From assembly GCA_904063045.1 (NCBI GenBank), contig CAJFCJ010000022.1, positions 558,001 to 622,000 of the forward strand: a stretch of 64,000 bases of DNA, read 5' to 3'. This stretch comes from Dimorphilus gyrociliatus (lineage: Eukaryota; Animalia; Annelida). The notes beneath the pieces were generated by a model. The model was not told where the DNA came from and did no database searches. It saw nothing but the letters and a program-made list of their open reading frames with translations. The position numbers and the translations under genes were made by a program. Shown in pieces: positions 12,901 to 25,996 of the stretch. Numbering within the stretch: position 1 is the stretch's first letter; each line of letters begins with the position of its first letter.

Positions 12901-14552
12901 TACACAGAAAATACGTCGTTTCATAAACAAATATAGCTTCGACACCAGCTGTCCAGTTATTGTTTAAATAAATGGGACTGAAGAATGGGGCTTTTGCAGT
13001 TTCAATGGGAACATCGTCCCTAAGGAATGTTTGAATACGAGATCCAGCCAATGAGCTTAGAGTTATATGTATAAGAGGCGCAAAATATTTTTTGTTTTCA
13101 ATGGAATCTCCCCAAGGTTTTGTGGTGAAGCTAGTCGGGACGCCGGAATAGTAAATGAAGGCGTAATCTTTTGCAGTCATTTTTAACTTTGCGGCAGTAT
13201 ACATCATAATTCCGATTTGTTCGGTTGAAAAGCAACAAATGACAACTAAAAGAGAGGATAGATAATGATAAAGAAAAGAGCTGAAGAAATTGTTTATTAC
13301 TAACTTCTAGCTCCAACCGCAATTCTCTTTAGATATACTTCCATCTCCTTTTCTTTTTCGTAACTATTAACAATAATCTTATCAGTAACTTTTAAATCCG
13401 ATCTTTCGTTAACCATTCGCTCAATGGATTGCGAAACCGAATTGCAGAATGACGTATGCGATATCATTAACGCAACCCTTTTCCATTTCAGATAATCTAA
13501 TAAATGGATTATTGTTGGACTCATTGTATCTAAACTCGGCAAACCGGGTCTAACAAGGTTTTTATAGATGGATTTTGTATTCAAAGTTGAATCATCCGAT
13601 CCGCTACTGTAGAGCATAATGTTTCTATAAGCTGCGTAAATTGCGGACACTTGTGTTACTTGAAAGAAAAAGTAAACAAAGGATATTATTATAAATTTAA
13701 TTAATTTATTAATTATTAATAATCATACCAGTTGAACAGAAAAATCCAAGAAGAATGTCTATATTGTCTTTATCAATCATTTGGAATACTGCTCTTGATC
13801 CTAATTGGCGAGCGCACATATCATTTGTCCACACAAGGCTAAATTAGTGATAAAGGAGATTTATTACGAATAGTAACTATTCAATATTCAATTATTTAAT
13901 CCCTTGTTCCACTCCTCTAATACATATAGCTTCTTCATTATTTCAGACTAAGGAAATTGAAGAGTTATGTAAGAAGCTCATAAGGAAAATACTTAGTGAA
14001 ACATGTTGGACAGCCGCAGAGAATTTATCTTGACTAAAGACGATAATGGTCGCATATCTGTCTTAAAGTCTGAAAGGTAATAGAGCAAAAGCATCGACAG
14101 TAAATGATTATAGAGAAGGTATTATACCTTCTGCAAAGTCAATGAAGGTTATTTTATGCTTAAATCTTAACAAAAGAATGTTGATTTAGTAAGAAAAAAT
14201 TAATTAAGATAGCATTTATGTAATAAGATAGTGTGAGATTAACGTCTAAACATCCTAAGTATACAATGTTTCCTGCGTAATATACAAAAAGTGGAGTCGT
14301 TGATTTAAAATTTCTTATACAAAATACTATTGGCAATAAATAAAATGAATTGAATTACCTTATATCCGAGTCATTACCAATTAAACCTTCTTCTCTACAA
14401 TCTTTTATTGCGACATTTATTGCACCGCCAACTGATTGAGCCGACAATGGATTGACGCCACTTGGATTGTCGAGTAGGCTAATACCTATTCTGAAGTTTT
14501 TTATAGAGAAACAATAGGGAAGAAGACAGAGGCTGAAGAATATTTTACTCAT
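9901..14552 (-). CDS. Receptor guanylyl cyclase rGC1 (natriuretic-peptide-receptor-like architecture); catalytic Asn/Arg replaced
   Basis: Spliced gene. Signal peptide [11 protein letters not shown]..., ANF-receptor-type ectodomain, juxtamembrane [12 protein letters not shown] exon near 12440-12520, kinase-homology domain ([15 protein letters not shown]), coiled coil, cyclase ([39 protein letters not shown]). Last exon [10 protein letters not shown]...KKEI*, stop at 9901-9903. Confidence 0.92.
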
Positions 14553-15449
14553 ATTCTATCAATTCTTAAAAAAAGAAATGGAACTTTTCCATCTATCAAT
14601 ATTTTTAAAGCGACATCTATGCGGAATTAATTGGGTAACTTTGAGTGGAAGGAGAGTTAAGGAAGAAAAAGAAAGGGGAAGAAGCACGATATTAGAGATA
14701 TGAAAAGGCTATTCTGATAAAGTTAATCAAGAGAAAGGTTAAAATTTCATTTTAAGACAGATATACAATTAACTAATCTGGTGAAAGGCTAATAGAAAGT
14801 TGTAAAGCAAATAATTTGGTAAACAGTAGTTGTCAAGTAGGCCAGAAAGATATATATAGTCAGTTAGCTAATTAAGCGTCTCTATTCCAAAAGCTATAAC
14901 ATTCTACAAAGTTACATTACTTTTGATTCACCAAAGAATTATCGAAGAGAGACGAAATCTATATTAAGATGTTCAAATAATAGAGACGGGAAAAAGTTCT
15001 AAAACTCTATTTTATTCTTTTATCCTTTTGAGATGAAAGAAAAAAAGATTGAAAGGAAGAGAAGAGTTAAGAAAATATTCATTTTTAACCCTTTCTTAAC
15101 GAGTATAAATTTTCTATTGCTTTTCATTTGTGAATATTGTAAATAATAAAAAAAGTAAAAAATGCTTTTGGCTTGATACACTTGAAAAAAAAAGTCCTTT
15201 GTTCCTTTACATTTAATTGGTAGTACCGAATTTTTCCTTTTGTTGAATATGTATTATATAAGTTGGTTAATTGCTTGACTGCTAACACCATCTTTTATTA
15301 ATAAGAATGAATAACAGGTACAAAAAAAACGAAGTAAATTTACAATTTTGAATATTAATGTATGAAGTCGTCTTGTTCTCCTTCTTTTAAGGCTAATCCT
15401 TGTCTTTTTTTATCAAACAATTTGGCCAGATTGTAGGCAATTGTTGTCT

Positions 15450-15614
15450 AGGTGTTTCATATCTGTTCTGCTTGTGTATTAATTATGAGTAGACCGCATT
15501 CCTTAAGTATTCGTTCAATATATTGTATAACAATAGAGAGACGAGTCTCATTAAAAGACAATACGTAACTTAACCAAAATAATTAAGGTAATCCAGAACA
15601 GATATGAAACATCT
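15450..15614. repeat. 21-bp inverted repeat pair (1 mismatch) enclosing about 120 bp; MITE-like or hairpin
   Basis: AGGTGTTTCATATCTGTTCTG (15450-15470) versus CAGAACAGATATGAAACATCT (15594-15614). No clear target-site duplication. Confidence 0.6.
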
Positions 15615-15778
15615 GCAAAAATATATGAATATAGTTATATATACAGTAAATACATTTGTATCTCTTTTACAAGAAATATAGCAAAAACAGTAGATCAGAA
15701 CAAAAGTTACAGCTATTTAAAAACATTATCTTAACAGATACAAGAGATGATCAAAGAAATTTTTCTCATCTTTCAGTT

Positions 15779-17135
15779 CTAACCAATCAACCAATAAGTC
15801 TCCATTTCACCTTTACCCTGTTATTAGATACAAACAATTATTCTGGTTATTACGAAAATTACCAAGATCAAATCACATTACTTTCACTAGAATAGATCCT
15901 CTTTTTTCAATAGTATAATCGTCTTTTGCAACCTTCTTTAAACAGTCTACGAAGTAAGAGCTAACGTGAATTTTGAATGGTTCGCCTGTACTTTCCATCC
16001 TACTTGCCGTATTAACTGTGTCGCCGAATAGGCAATACCTATTCAGGTTATTTTAAGCAATTGTTGTTTAAGCAATTATTATATATATATAGAGTATATT
16101 TAAATAATGATAATGATAGTAATAAGGAAACCTTGGCATACTGAGACCAACAACACCTGCTGCGCATGGACCAGAATGTATACCAATTCGTAAGTTCAAT
16201 TGTCTTTCTGGGGCGTGTCTAATTTGAAAACCAAGGACGCTTTTCAGCAAATGTAACGCCACTTTTGCTATTTCTCTTCCGTGGTTCATACCATTTTTTC
16301 TAGGTACACCAGAAACCACCTTTTTAAACGAAAACAAAAAAACACGTGTGCTTTTAGCTGGATAAAAAAGATAGACAAATAACAAATAAATACCATATAA
16401 GCGTCCCCTATAGTTTCAACTTTGTAAACATCGTACAAACTCAAGATATTGTCAAACAAACTATACAAATCGTTCAGAAGATTAACAATTTGTATAGGTG
16501 TACTTTCAGAGCTTAATTTTGTAAAGCCAACAACATCTGAAAAGAAGATTGTTGAAGATTCAAACATTTCAGCTTCTATTATTTCACCAGATTTTAGTTT
16601 TTCGGCTATTGTTCTATTTTCAACAATTTTAAGAATTCACCAATTTACATCTACAATTTCAAATCTTTAATTGTGTCACTTACAATGGTAGCATTCTATA
16701 CAAAAGACTGTCAGTCTTTTTCTTTTCTTCTATCAGTTCGCAAGTTCTATGTTCGACAATTTCTTCCAGATTATTAGCATATCTTTCCAGTCTTTCTATC
16801 ATAATATCCATAATATTTCTACTGTATTTTGTAAATGGTAATTAAAAATTAGCAGCTTGTAATAACCTTCATTGTTTTTTAATTGTTTATTTGCTTACTT
16901 TTCTCTAGAAAATTTTTTGATTTTTCTCAAAATAAGCTTAAAATCTGGTCGTTCTTCAGTATTCTCCGCCCAACAATCAACCATTAAACTCTCCATTAGT
17001 CTCTCTTCGTCTTTCTTTACAGAATTATCATTTGCTGTTGGTCTAAATGGTTCACCACTTACTCCTATTATTCTTTCAACGATTTCTGTGTGATATTTAA
17101 CTTCTTAGTTCTTCCAATAATAGTCATTCTCTTTA

Positions 17136-17170
<35 letters not shown>

Positions 17171-20100
17171 TTTTATTATAGTTTACTTACCTTTCGGAGT
17201 TAATTCGCAATTGAAAAATGGCATTCCTCTATGAATAATTTCCCAAAGTATAATTCCAAAACTATAAACATCTCCCCCCTGACTTCCCATAGGTAGAGTA
17301 AGTTCAGTGTAATTTGTCAAATGTTCCCTTAGTAATTCTGGCGCGTGCCATAAAAGTTTCCTATAAGCTTCGTATTCTCCCGTTGTACTATCCCGAATGT
17401 TTGATTGAAATCGAATATTCTTTAAATCGTATAGGCCAAATGAACTGATTTTCAATGTCCATCGACTATCAATTAAACAACATCCACTCGACAGATTCCC
17501 ATGAAATTTCAAAGAAGATGAATGAATATAATTCATTCCTGTAAATATTCACAATCGTAAATATTGAAAAGACAATTGCAGATATTGCAGATAGTTTATA
17601 TATATATATTGAAATTGAACATTATAGTTTATTAGTATGCTGTAGCGGGGAATGGAAAGACATACCTGACGCCAGATCAGAAATTAAAGACTTTTTGAAA
17701 AGATTATCGAGAGCAATATCATCGTTTTCGAGAATATCTTGAAGACTTCCCTTAGAACAATAAGTCCACAATATATGCATCTTATTACTTTCAAGACATA
17801 TACCAACAAACGAATTGAGATTAACGTGTCGAATTTCAACCATCTTGATTTTATTGAAAAGATAAAGATAGGCATAAAAGTGAGCAAGAAGAAAAGGAGA
17901 GAGAAAAACCTCTTTTAATTCAATCAACTTTTGTCGATTAAAAGGAAACGCAGTATTATGATTAGTATTAATTTCTTTAACTGCGACTGTTGATCCTTTA
18001 TAAGTCGCAATTCTTGTGTAGACCTGTTTCTCCAAATTCATTATCTTTGAACGTTGCGAGTAGTCAGAGCGTAGACTTTTAGCGCTGAGGCTCAACTATA
18101 AATATAGCGTTTGTTAGAATAAAGTGTTTGCTATCAATTTAAAGATGGAAGTATTTTATATAAAGATGTTAAAACAGTGTAAACGCAGAAAAGTAACTTT
18201 CGTATAAAGAATAATTGTTAAATTTCGTCCAAAATCTGAAAGTTAAGTTTATTCTGCGTATACTACTGTACTCTTAAGTTTGTTTATACAGAGCTTATAG
18301 CTCCTCTTTGAAGATTTCGTATATCTTTGATATCAATTTTCCATCTCATTTGCTGCAGTTCAATTTCTTTCCTCTTCCTTCTGTTTTATTATTTATTATT
18401 GTTATTTTTCGTTTTGTTTTTCTTTCTTCTCCTTTATTTCGAAAGAGAAATAGAAGAGTAGAAAGAATAATTTAACTTCCCTACCTAAAGATAAACAAGG
18501 CTACAACAAAGGAAATAACCAGGAATATGATAACTGAAGATGCAGCAATATATATAGGCCTATTATCTGCAAGAATGTGAAAGAATTCATTAAATAGTAA
18601 AGAAATCTATAAATCATAATTGTGTCATCTTTATTGAACCTTTAGGCGTTGGCGGGCATAATTCGTGTTTAAAGCCGCAAAGAGGAATATCAGGGGGAGG
18701 TAGCTGGTTCTTTGTTGACCACTTGTGGTTATAAATAGTATTTATTTCGGACCTGTTTGAGTGAATTTCCGTATTAAAGGTAATATTCAGCCATTGACGA
18801 TACGATCCCGTAGTTGTATCGTATCTCCAAAGCAAATAATTGGGCAATCTATCGCCATTAGAGTCGATAGTACCATCTCCAAATTTTGTTTTGAACTTTC
18901 TATTTTTGGTAATACTCATCATCCAATCAATATCTTTAACGCTTTTCCCTTGAGAAACAGTTTCGTTTATGATATTACAGAGTAAATAGGTGACTTCGTA
19001 GGCAAACACCGAATAACCAGTTACTGTCCAATTTTTCTCCAAATATTCCCTCTTATAGAATGGATACTTGGATGACTCGAGCGGAATTCTGCTTAGAAAC
19101 TTATCAACTGTCGGTCCGGCTAGAGAACTAAGAGTTAATTGTATTAATGATTCAAAGCCGTCTTTAATCTTTTTTTCTTCATTATTCTTAATAATATTGC
19201 CCCAAGGTCTGACCGTAAACTCATCTGGAACTAGAGTAAAATAGAGAAAAATGTACTGATTAGCCGACATTCCGAGCTTATTAGCGATCTGGATCATTTC
19301 CCTTATCTGAATTTGTCTCAAACAGACAACGACAACTGATAAAGGAGAATAAGTTTTAGGTTTCTAAAGTTTGATTGAAAAGAAGGAGCTTACTTCTGGA
19401 AGTCATGGAAATTTTACGTAGCGCTGATTCTAAGGCATCTTTTGAATCGTTCAGTTTCATTAAAAAAGTCTCTGCCAAGCGGAAATCTTTACGATTTCTG
19501 ATGATATTCTCTACAGATTTTATACCCAAACCACAATAATTTTCCGATACACTCATAATTGATACTGTCTTCCAATTGAAGTGTTCTAATACCTTAACAA
19601 CACTGAAGCCAATTGTATCGATATTCGGAGCTCCGGCTCTAACAAGATTAGCGTAGATAGTTTTGTTTTGTAAATCTCGATCAGCAGAAGACATACTATA
19701 AACCATGATATTTTTATATAGAGCATAAGGTGCTGTGAGTTTGGTAACTAGAGAAAAAGATAAGGTAATTAGTGTTTCATAGGAAGAAATCTACGTCATT
19801 TTCTATTTAAAACAAATTGCTAACCCCAAGAACAAACAGTTCCTAATAGTATATCAACTTTCTCTTGCTCTATAAGATCAAAGTGTACCTTCGGTCCATT
19901 TCTCGAATCGCAAAAGTCATTTACCCAAACCAGACTAACAGAAATTACAAATAAATTCTCTTCTATTCTCCTTAGTAATAAATCAATGTTTCTACTATAA
20001 ATCAGAAATAGTTTACCTTAATTTGTAGGTTCGATTCACTAGGTCATTTCGTCTACAATCTTCCAATGCAATATTGATAGCTCCTCCAAAAGTTTGCACG

Positions 20101-20258
20101 GTAAGTGGAGACTGACTAAAAGAATCATCCAACAAAGCCGCTCCCACCTTTATTTCCACTGAACAGATACAACCCCTGAAAAGAAAGATTGCAGAGAAGA
20201 AGAGAAACATGCTCGTATTGTTTATCAGTCGAAATAAACTCGAAAATGGCCGTTCCAT
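15779..20258 (-). CDS. Receptor guanylyl cyclase rGC2
   Basis: Same exon architecture as rGC1. ATG at 20258 or 20210. Cyclase motif [16 protein letters not shown] is intact (about 15990-16050). Last exon [12 protein letters not shown]. Confidence 0.93.
17118..17777. repeat. 660-bp tract in rGC2 identical to 22126-22785 in rGC3
   Basis: Base-by-base reading found no mismatch. The offset is a constant 5008 at both ends. The tract includes intron sequence and a (CT)12 microsatellite. Confidence 0.9.
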
Positions 20259-20655
20259 TACGAACACCGTCTGACGTTGTTTGTTATGGACATATGTGAA
20301 TATTTAATGATTGACAAGTAATTTTTCTTTGTCAGGTAACATCATATTTTTCCGGTTCTATTATATACTCCTTTTATTTTCTCACCGGGAATAATTCTAC
20401 GCGTCACAAGACCAAAAGTTCTCGTAATTTTATTAAAACTTTACAGAAGTATAGTGTTATTCTTAAGGAAACCTTTTATTTCATTAGCTAATGCATAGAT
20501 ATCTATGGGATTTATATAATAAAATACTATACACCTTTAAAGACTTTAAAAGGTTATCATTAATTCTACAGCATTACTCATCATTTTATTAATTTATAAT
20601 TTTATTTACTAAATGAACATTTAATTAGTTTATTAAAGTAAAAGGTGACGAATTG

Positions 20656-21831
20656 TTATTGTCTTCTTTTTCTTCTTCCTTGTCTCTTTATTTTTCTCTC
20701 TTCTCAATTAGCCAGAAAGTTTGCATATCACCTTTACCCTGCATTTATTAATAATAATAGTGTTATTTTTTGTTTATAATTTTCTATACTGCTATGTTTT
20801 AATTTACCTTTACAAATACGGTTCCTCGACTTTCCATTTCATATGAATTTGGAGCCGCCAGTTCCAAATGCTCTTTGAAATACGTACTTACATGGATTTT
20901 AAATGCTTCACCTGTAGTCTCCATTCTACTTGCAGTATTTACAGTATCTCCAAAAAGACAATACCTGTATATTTCATTATTTCGGTTGTATATACAGTAT
21001 GTATACTATGTTCGTTATTATTGTTATTATTGTCTTTAGTATCAATATTGTTATTGTTTCTTTTACCTGGGCATTATGAGTCCAACAACTCCAGCTGCAC
21101 AAGAACCCGTATGAACTCCGATACGAAGTTGGAGCTTAAGATCTTGTCTATGCTTTATCTTAAAAGTATAAACACTGCCAAGCAATGCCAATGCCATATT
21201 TGCAATTTCGATAGAGTGTTTGTTTCCGTTTTTTCTTGGAATGCCAGACACAACCTGTTGTATATTGATATATGGTTATACTACATGTATACCGTTATAT
21301 ACTGTTACCATATAAGCGTCTCCAATCGTTTCCACTTTATATACATCGTATTGATTCAATATCCCATCAAAAAGGCTGTAGAGATCGTTAAGCAAAGTAA
21401 CAATTTCCATTGGCGTACTTTCGGAGCTAAGAGAGGTAAACCCGACAACATCAGAGAAGAATACAGTTGCCGATTGGAATATTTCCGCTTCTATTGCTTC
21501 GCCCATCTTTAATTTTTCTGCTACAGTCCTATAATGATTTATCATTTAGCATTTTTTCTTGAGAACACAACAATCATTTCAAAGTATCTAATTAAAGCAC
21601 ATCTTGTCTATAGATTGAAATAAAATAATATTTACGATGGTAGCATCCTATAGAGCAGCGAGTCAGTTTTCTTCTTCTCTTCAACCAATTCTTTTGTTCT
21701 TGACGTAACTATCTCCTCAAGATTATTAGCATACTTCTCAAGCCTTTGTAGCATAACATCCATAATGTTGCTACCTCTGCAAACAATTAGCACAGTTATT
21801 AATAAAATGATACGGTAACTTTGCAAAAGCA

Positions 21832-21867
<36 letters not shown>

Positions 21868-22143
21868 TTCCAAATTTATTTGAAGGTACTAACTTTCCAC
21901 CAAGTATTGATTTTACTCTTTTCGCAATTTTACCGCAATGTGGTCTTGAATGCGCATTTTCATTCCAACAATCAATCATTAAACTTGAAAATTTAACTTC
22001 ATCATCTTGTAATTCTATTCCTTTTGGAGATACAGGCCGAAAAGGTTCGCCATTTTCTGCTTTAATTTTCTCAACAATTTCTGTGTTAATCATCTCAATT
22101 ACACACAAATATTATTTATGTTCATTAATAGTCATTCTCTTTA

Positions 22144-22178
<35 letters not shown>

Positions 22179-25100
22179 TTTTATTATAGTTTACTTACCT
22201 TTCGGAGTTAATTCGCAATTGAAAAATGGCATTCCTCTATGAATAATTTCCCAAAGTATAATTCCAAAACTATAAACATCTCCCCCCTGACTTCCCATAG
22301 GTAGAGTAAGTTCAGTGTAATTTGTCAAATGTTCCCTTAGTAATTCTGGCGCGTGCCATAAAAGTTTCCTATAAGCTTCGTATTCTCCCGTTGTACTATC
22401 CCGAATGTTTGATTGAAATCGAATATTCTTTAAATCGTATAGGCCAAATGAACTGATTTTCAATGTCCATCGACTATCAATTAAACAACATCCACTCGAC
22501 AGATTCCCATGAAATTTCAAAGAAGATGAATGAATATAATTCATTCCTGTAAATATTCACAATCGTAAATATTGAAAAGACAATTGCAGATATTGCAGAT
22601 AGTTTATATATATATATTGAAATTGAACATTATAGTTTATTAGTATGCTGTAGCGGGGAATGGAAAGACATACCTGACGCCAGATCAGAAATTAAAGACT
22701 TTTTGAAAAGATTATCGAGAGCAATATCATCGTTTTCGAGAATATCTTGAAGACTTCCCTTAGAACAATAAGTCCACAATATATGGGCCTTATTGTTCTC
22801 AAAGGATAACCCAACAAATGAGTTGATATTGCCATGATTCATTTCTTTCATCTAGAAAAGATTTTAATGAAGAGTTAAATAGATAAGAAACGAAGACTTA
22901 AGAATAAGTTTGTTACTTGTTTCAATTCCATCAATTTGAAACGATTCAAGTTTAAGGAACTTTTGGGAAAATCAATGGTCTTGACAGATACCGTAAGATT
23001 TTTATACACTCCAACTTTAGTATAGACTTGTTTCGTCATTGTGATTTTTGAAACGTCTGACACTTCCGATTTGAAGCTTTTCATACTCAGATTTAACTAT
23101 AATAGTAGTTTAATAAAACAAAGAAATTTGTACATTGTGTTTTTAATCTTTGCAAAAGCCAATAAGGAGTTATGCTATACTCACATTAAGAGTGCGTTAT
23201 CTATATATAGATATATAAAAGAATGCTATTTAAAATATTACTTACGAGACTAAAGGCTCCGTGGTTAGACATTTGAACGTCTTTTATGTCAATTTTCCAT
23301 AGCATCTGCTGAAGTTCTGCCTCTAGTTTCTTCTTTCTATAGCATGTAATAAATTACTTTATGACTTTGGCAATGTCAAAAACAAGATCTGTTATTAAGA
23401 ACTAGGACTTACTTATATATAAGAACCGATATGATAACTATTACCAATATAATTATTAAGGAAGCAACGACTGCAACGAAAACTGCTATGTTATCTAAAA
23501 GATAAAAAGCAATAGAAGATGTAAATGAAATGATAAAGTTATGCTGCGTTTGGTAACTTTACTGGTTGATTCTGGTGGACAAAATTCATTCCGAAAACCG
23601 CATTTGGGAGCATCAAGAGGGGGAATATTATCTTTTGTAGGCCAAAGTATTTTCTGTTGTTCTACAATTCGAACTGATTTTCCATTGCTAGTTGTTAGTA
23701 TAATGTCCATTATTGGCTTATACTCATCATCACCACTTACATAGTACCAAAATGTGTAATCGGGTATACGATCGCCTTGAGAATCCATTGCCAAGCTTCC
23801 GAATCTTGTAGAAAATACTTTGTTGCTTGACACTTTCATCATCCAGTCGATATCTCGATAACTCTCTCCCAATGCGATAGTTTCGTTAAGCACGTGGCAA
23901 AGAGTATAAGCAACGTCATAGCCGAAAATACTATTTTTAATCGCTCTCCAACTATTATTTAAGTACAACGTTTCATAAAATGGTGATTGAGCCGACAATT
24001 TGGGAACCTCTGTTCTGAAATGATCAACTTCTGGTCCAGATAAATCGCGAGTGGTAATTTGAACAAAAGAAACAAAATTATCTTTTAATTCCTTTTGATT
24101 ATCTCTTCCTGTGATATTTCCCCAAGGAGTTGTCGTAAAACTACTCGACGTACGATCATAGTAGAGAAATACATATTTATCCGCTGTCATACCTAAGATC
24201 CTAGCTTTTTCCATCGAAGTTCTCATTTGTCCTTGAGATAGACAAATAATGATAACTTTGAAAAAAAAGATAATTATAGCTTTTCAGAATAGCAAACATT
24301 AAAATTTTTAGCTTTACTTCTAGCTCTTTGTTTTATCCTTCTCAAAAACGTTTCAATATCATCTGCAGTATCACTTGATAGTACAGATATTTTCTCGACG
24401 AGAATCAAGTCTCTTCTCTCCCGTAGAATACTTTCCAAGGATTTTACGCCATAACCGCATAGTGCGCTATCTCTGACTAATAGAGATACCTTCGACCATT
24501 TAAAATGATCCAAAACTCCAATAATAGCTTTACCGAATGTATTAAAAGTTGGTAAACCTGCCCTTATTAGGTTTGTGTAAATACTCTTATCGTCCAGTAG
24601 GGGGTCGGCGGAAGAGACGGTGAAAATTGTTACATTTCTATAGCCGGCATAAATTGATGAAATACCAGTAACTAGGTAGATGAGGGGAGAAAGAAATTAT
24701 TATAATTATTATACGCAAAGATTGATAGAGCAAATTAATGGAACAGGTGGATAGATAGACAAATGTAACCATATAGAGAGATCTATTAGAAAATAGTAAA
24801 AAGTAAAGCTTGGATAAGACCTGTTGAACAAACAGTTCCAAAAATAATGTCTACGTCTGCGTCTTCAATCATTTTGAATTGGTTAATTGATCCTGAGAGA
24901 GGGCTGCATGTATCTCTAGAATAGTAGAGACTAATCCAAATTGAAAAGAAAGAAAGTTGAAAATAAAGTAGAGAAAAAGCATTTCAAGGTAAGATAAAAA
25001 GTGAAAAAGTTACCTTATGTTGTAAGTTTTTCCGAGAAGATTGTTTTGTCTGCAGTCATTAAAAGCCAACTTGATTGCACCCGCTAAGGCTTCAATGGAA

Positions 25101-25234
25101 TACGACCAAAGTGATCGGGAACGTGTTAAAGCAACTCCAATTTTTACATCTTTTTCCAAAGAAAAACTTTGAAATAAATAGAAGAAGACGAAAAGAATTA
25201 ATCTTGCCATTTTCCTCCATAGAATGCCAGTCAT
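20656..25234 (-). CDS. Receptor guanylyl cyclase rGC3
   Basis: ATG at 25234 or 25210 followed by a signal peptide, ectodomain, TM, kinase-homology domain and an intact [16 protein letters not shown]. Last exon [10 protein letters not shown]...RRQ*. Confidence 0.93.
21834..21864. repeat. (TA)n microsatellite in an rGC3 intron
   Basis: About 31 bp of uninterrupted TA repeat. Confidence 0.9.
22126..22785. repeat. 660-bp tract in rGC3 identical to 17118-17777 in rGC2
   Basis: Second copy of the tract above. ORFs 17183-17536 and 22191-22544 translate identically. Confidence 0.9.
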
Positions 25235-25996
25235 CAAGTGAATTGACGCCCTCTGTCGTATAGTTATTAGAAAATAGTTCAATAGTCTAAATAGGTAAAA
25301 GTCCTCAGAAAAAATTTTTATTGAAGATCAAACGATTAGACTGTAGGAAGAAAGCAACGATTTGCTGCAAGGTGTAAATAAACCGATTTTCTAACGAAAT
25401 AAACTCGATAGTATGCTATATAAGATATATTTATTAGGTCTTACATTTATATATTATACTTCTATTACAAAACTGTTATCAAGCCAAGAATAGGAAACGA
25501 ATCTATTTTAACGAAGATACATTTAGGGAAAGAAGAAGAGACGTGAATAATTGAATACGAAAATTAATAGTTAGAATTAATGGTTCTCAGTAGTTAAACG
25601 ATAGGATAAATACTTGACTGTAGGGATACGTGCAACGAAGGTGAGTTTTTTTCATTTTGTATAGACTTTATAAGCATAACAATGGTTTTGTGAGGCGTTT
25701 CGTCAAATCTATACATTCTGTCACGCAATATATACTTTCAAATTGATGAAAAGGCTATATTTATATATTAGTATATTCAAATACATATTATATATATTAT
25801 GCATATTTTCACTACTTTAAAACGAAATCAAACGACACCGATACTCTCGAAAATTTCTCCTCTCGCCTCTCAATCTCTCTTCCTAGGCAAAATATCTCGA
25901 CTTTTCTAATCTTTTCTTTTAGTCATGAAATATAATTACATAACAACATGTAAACGCTATCCTTTTGTTAGACCTTCTCTCGCTCAATTACCAGCT

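Noticed and set aside
20868-21512. 214-aa + strand ORF
   Set aside because: It is the antisense shadow of rGC3 cyclase exons, with no recognisable domain. The same applies to the other antisense ORFs over the GPCRs and rGCs (e.g. 7515-7937, 10597-10878, 16449-16670, 30194-30544).
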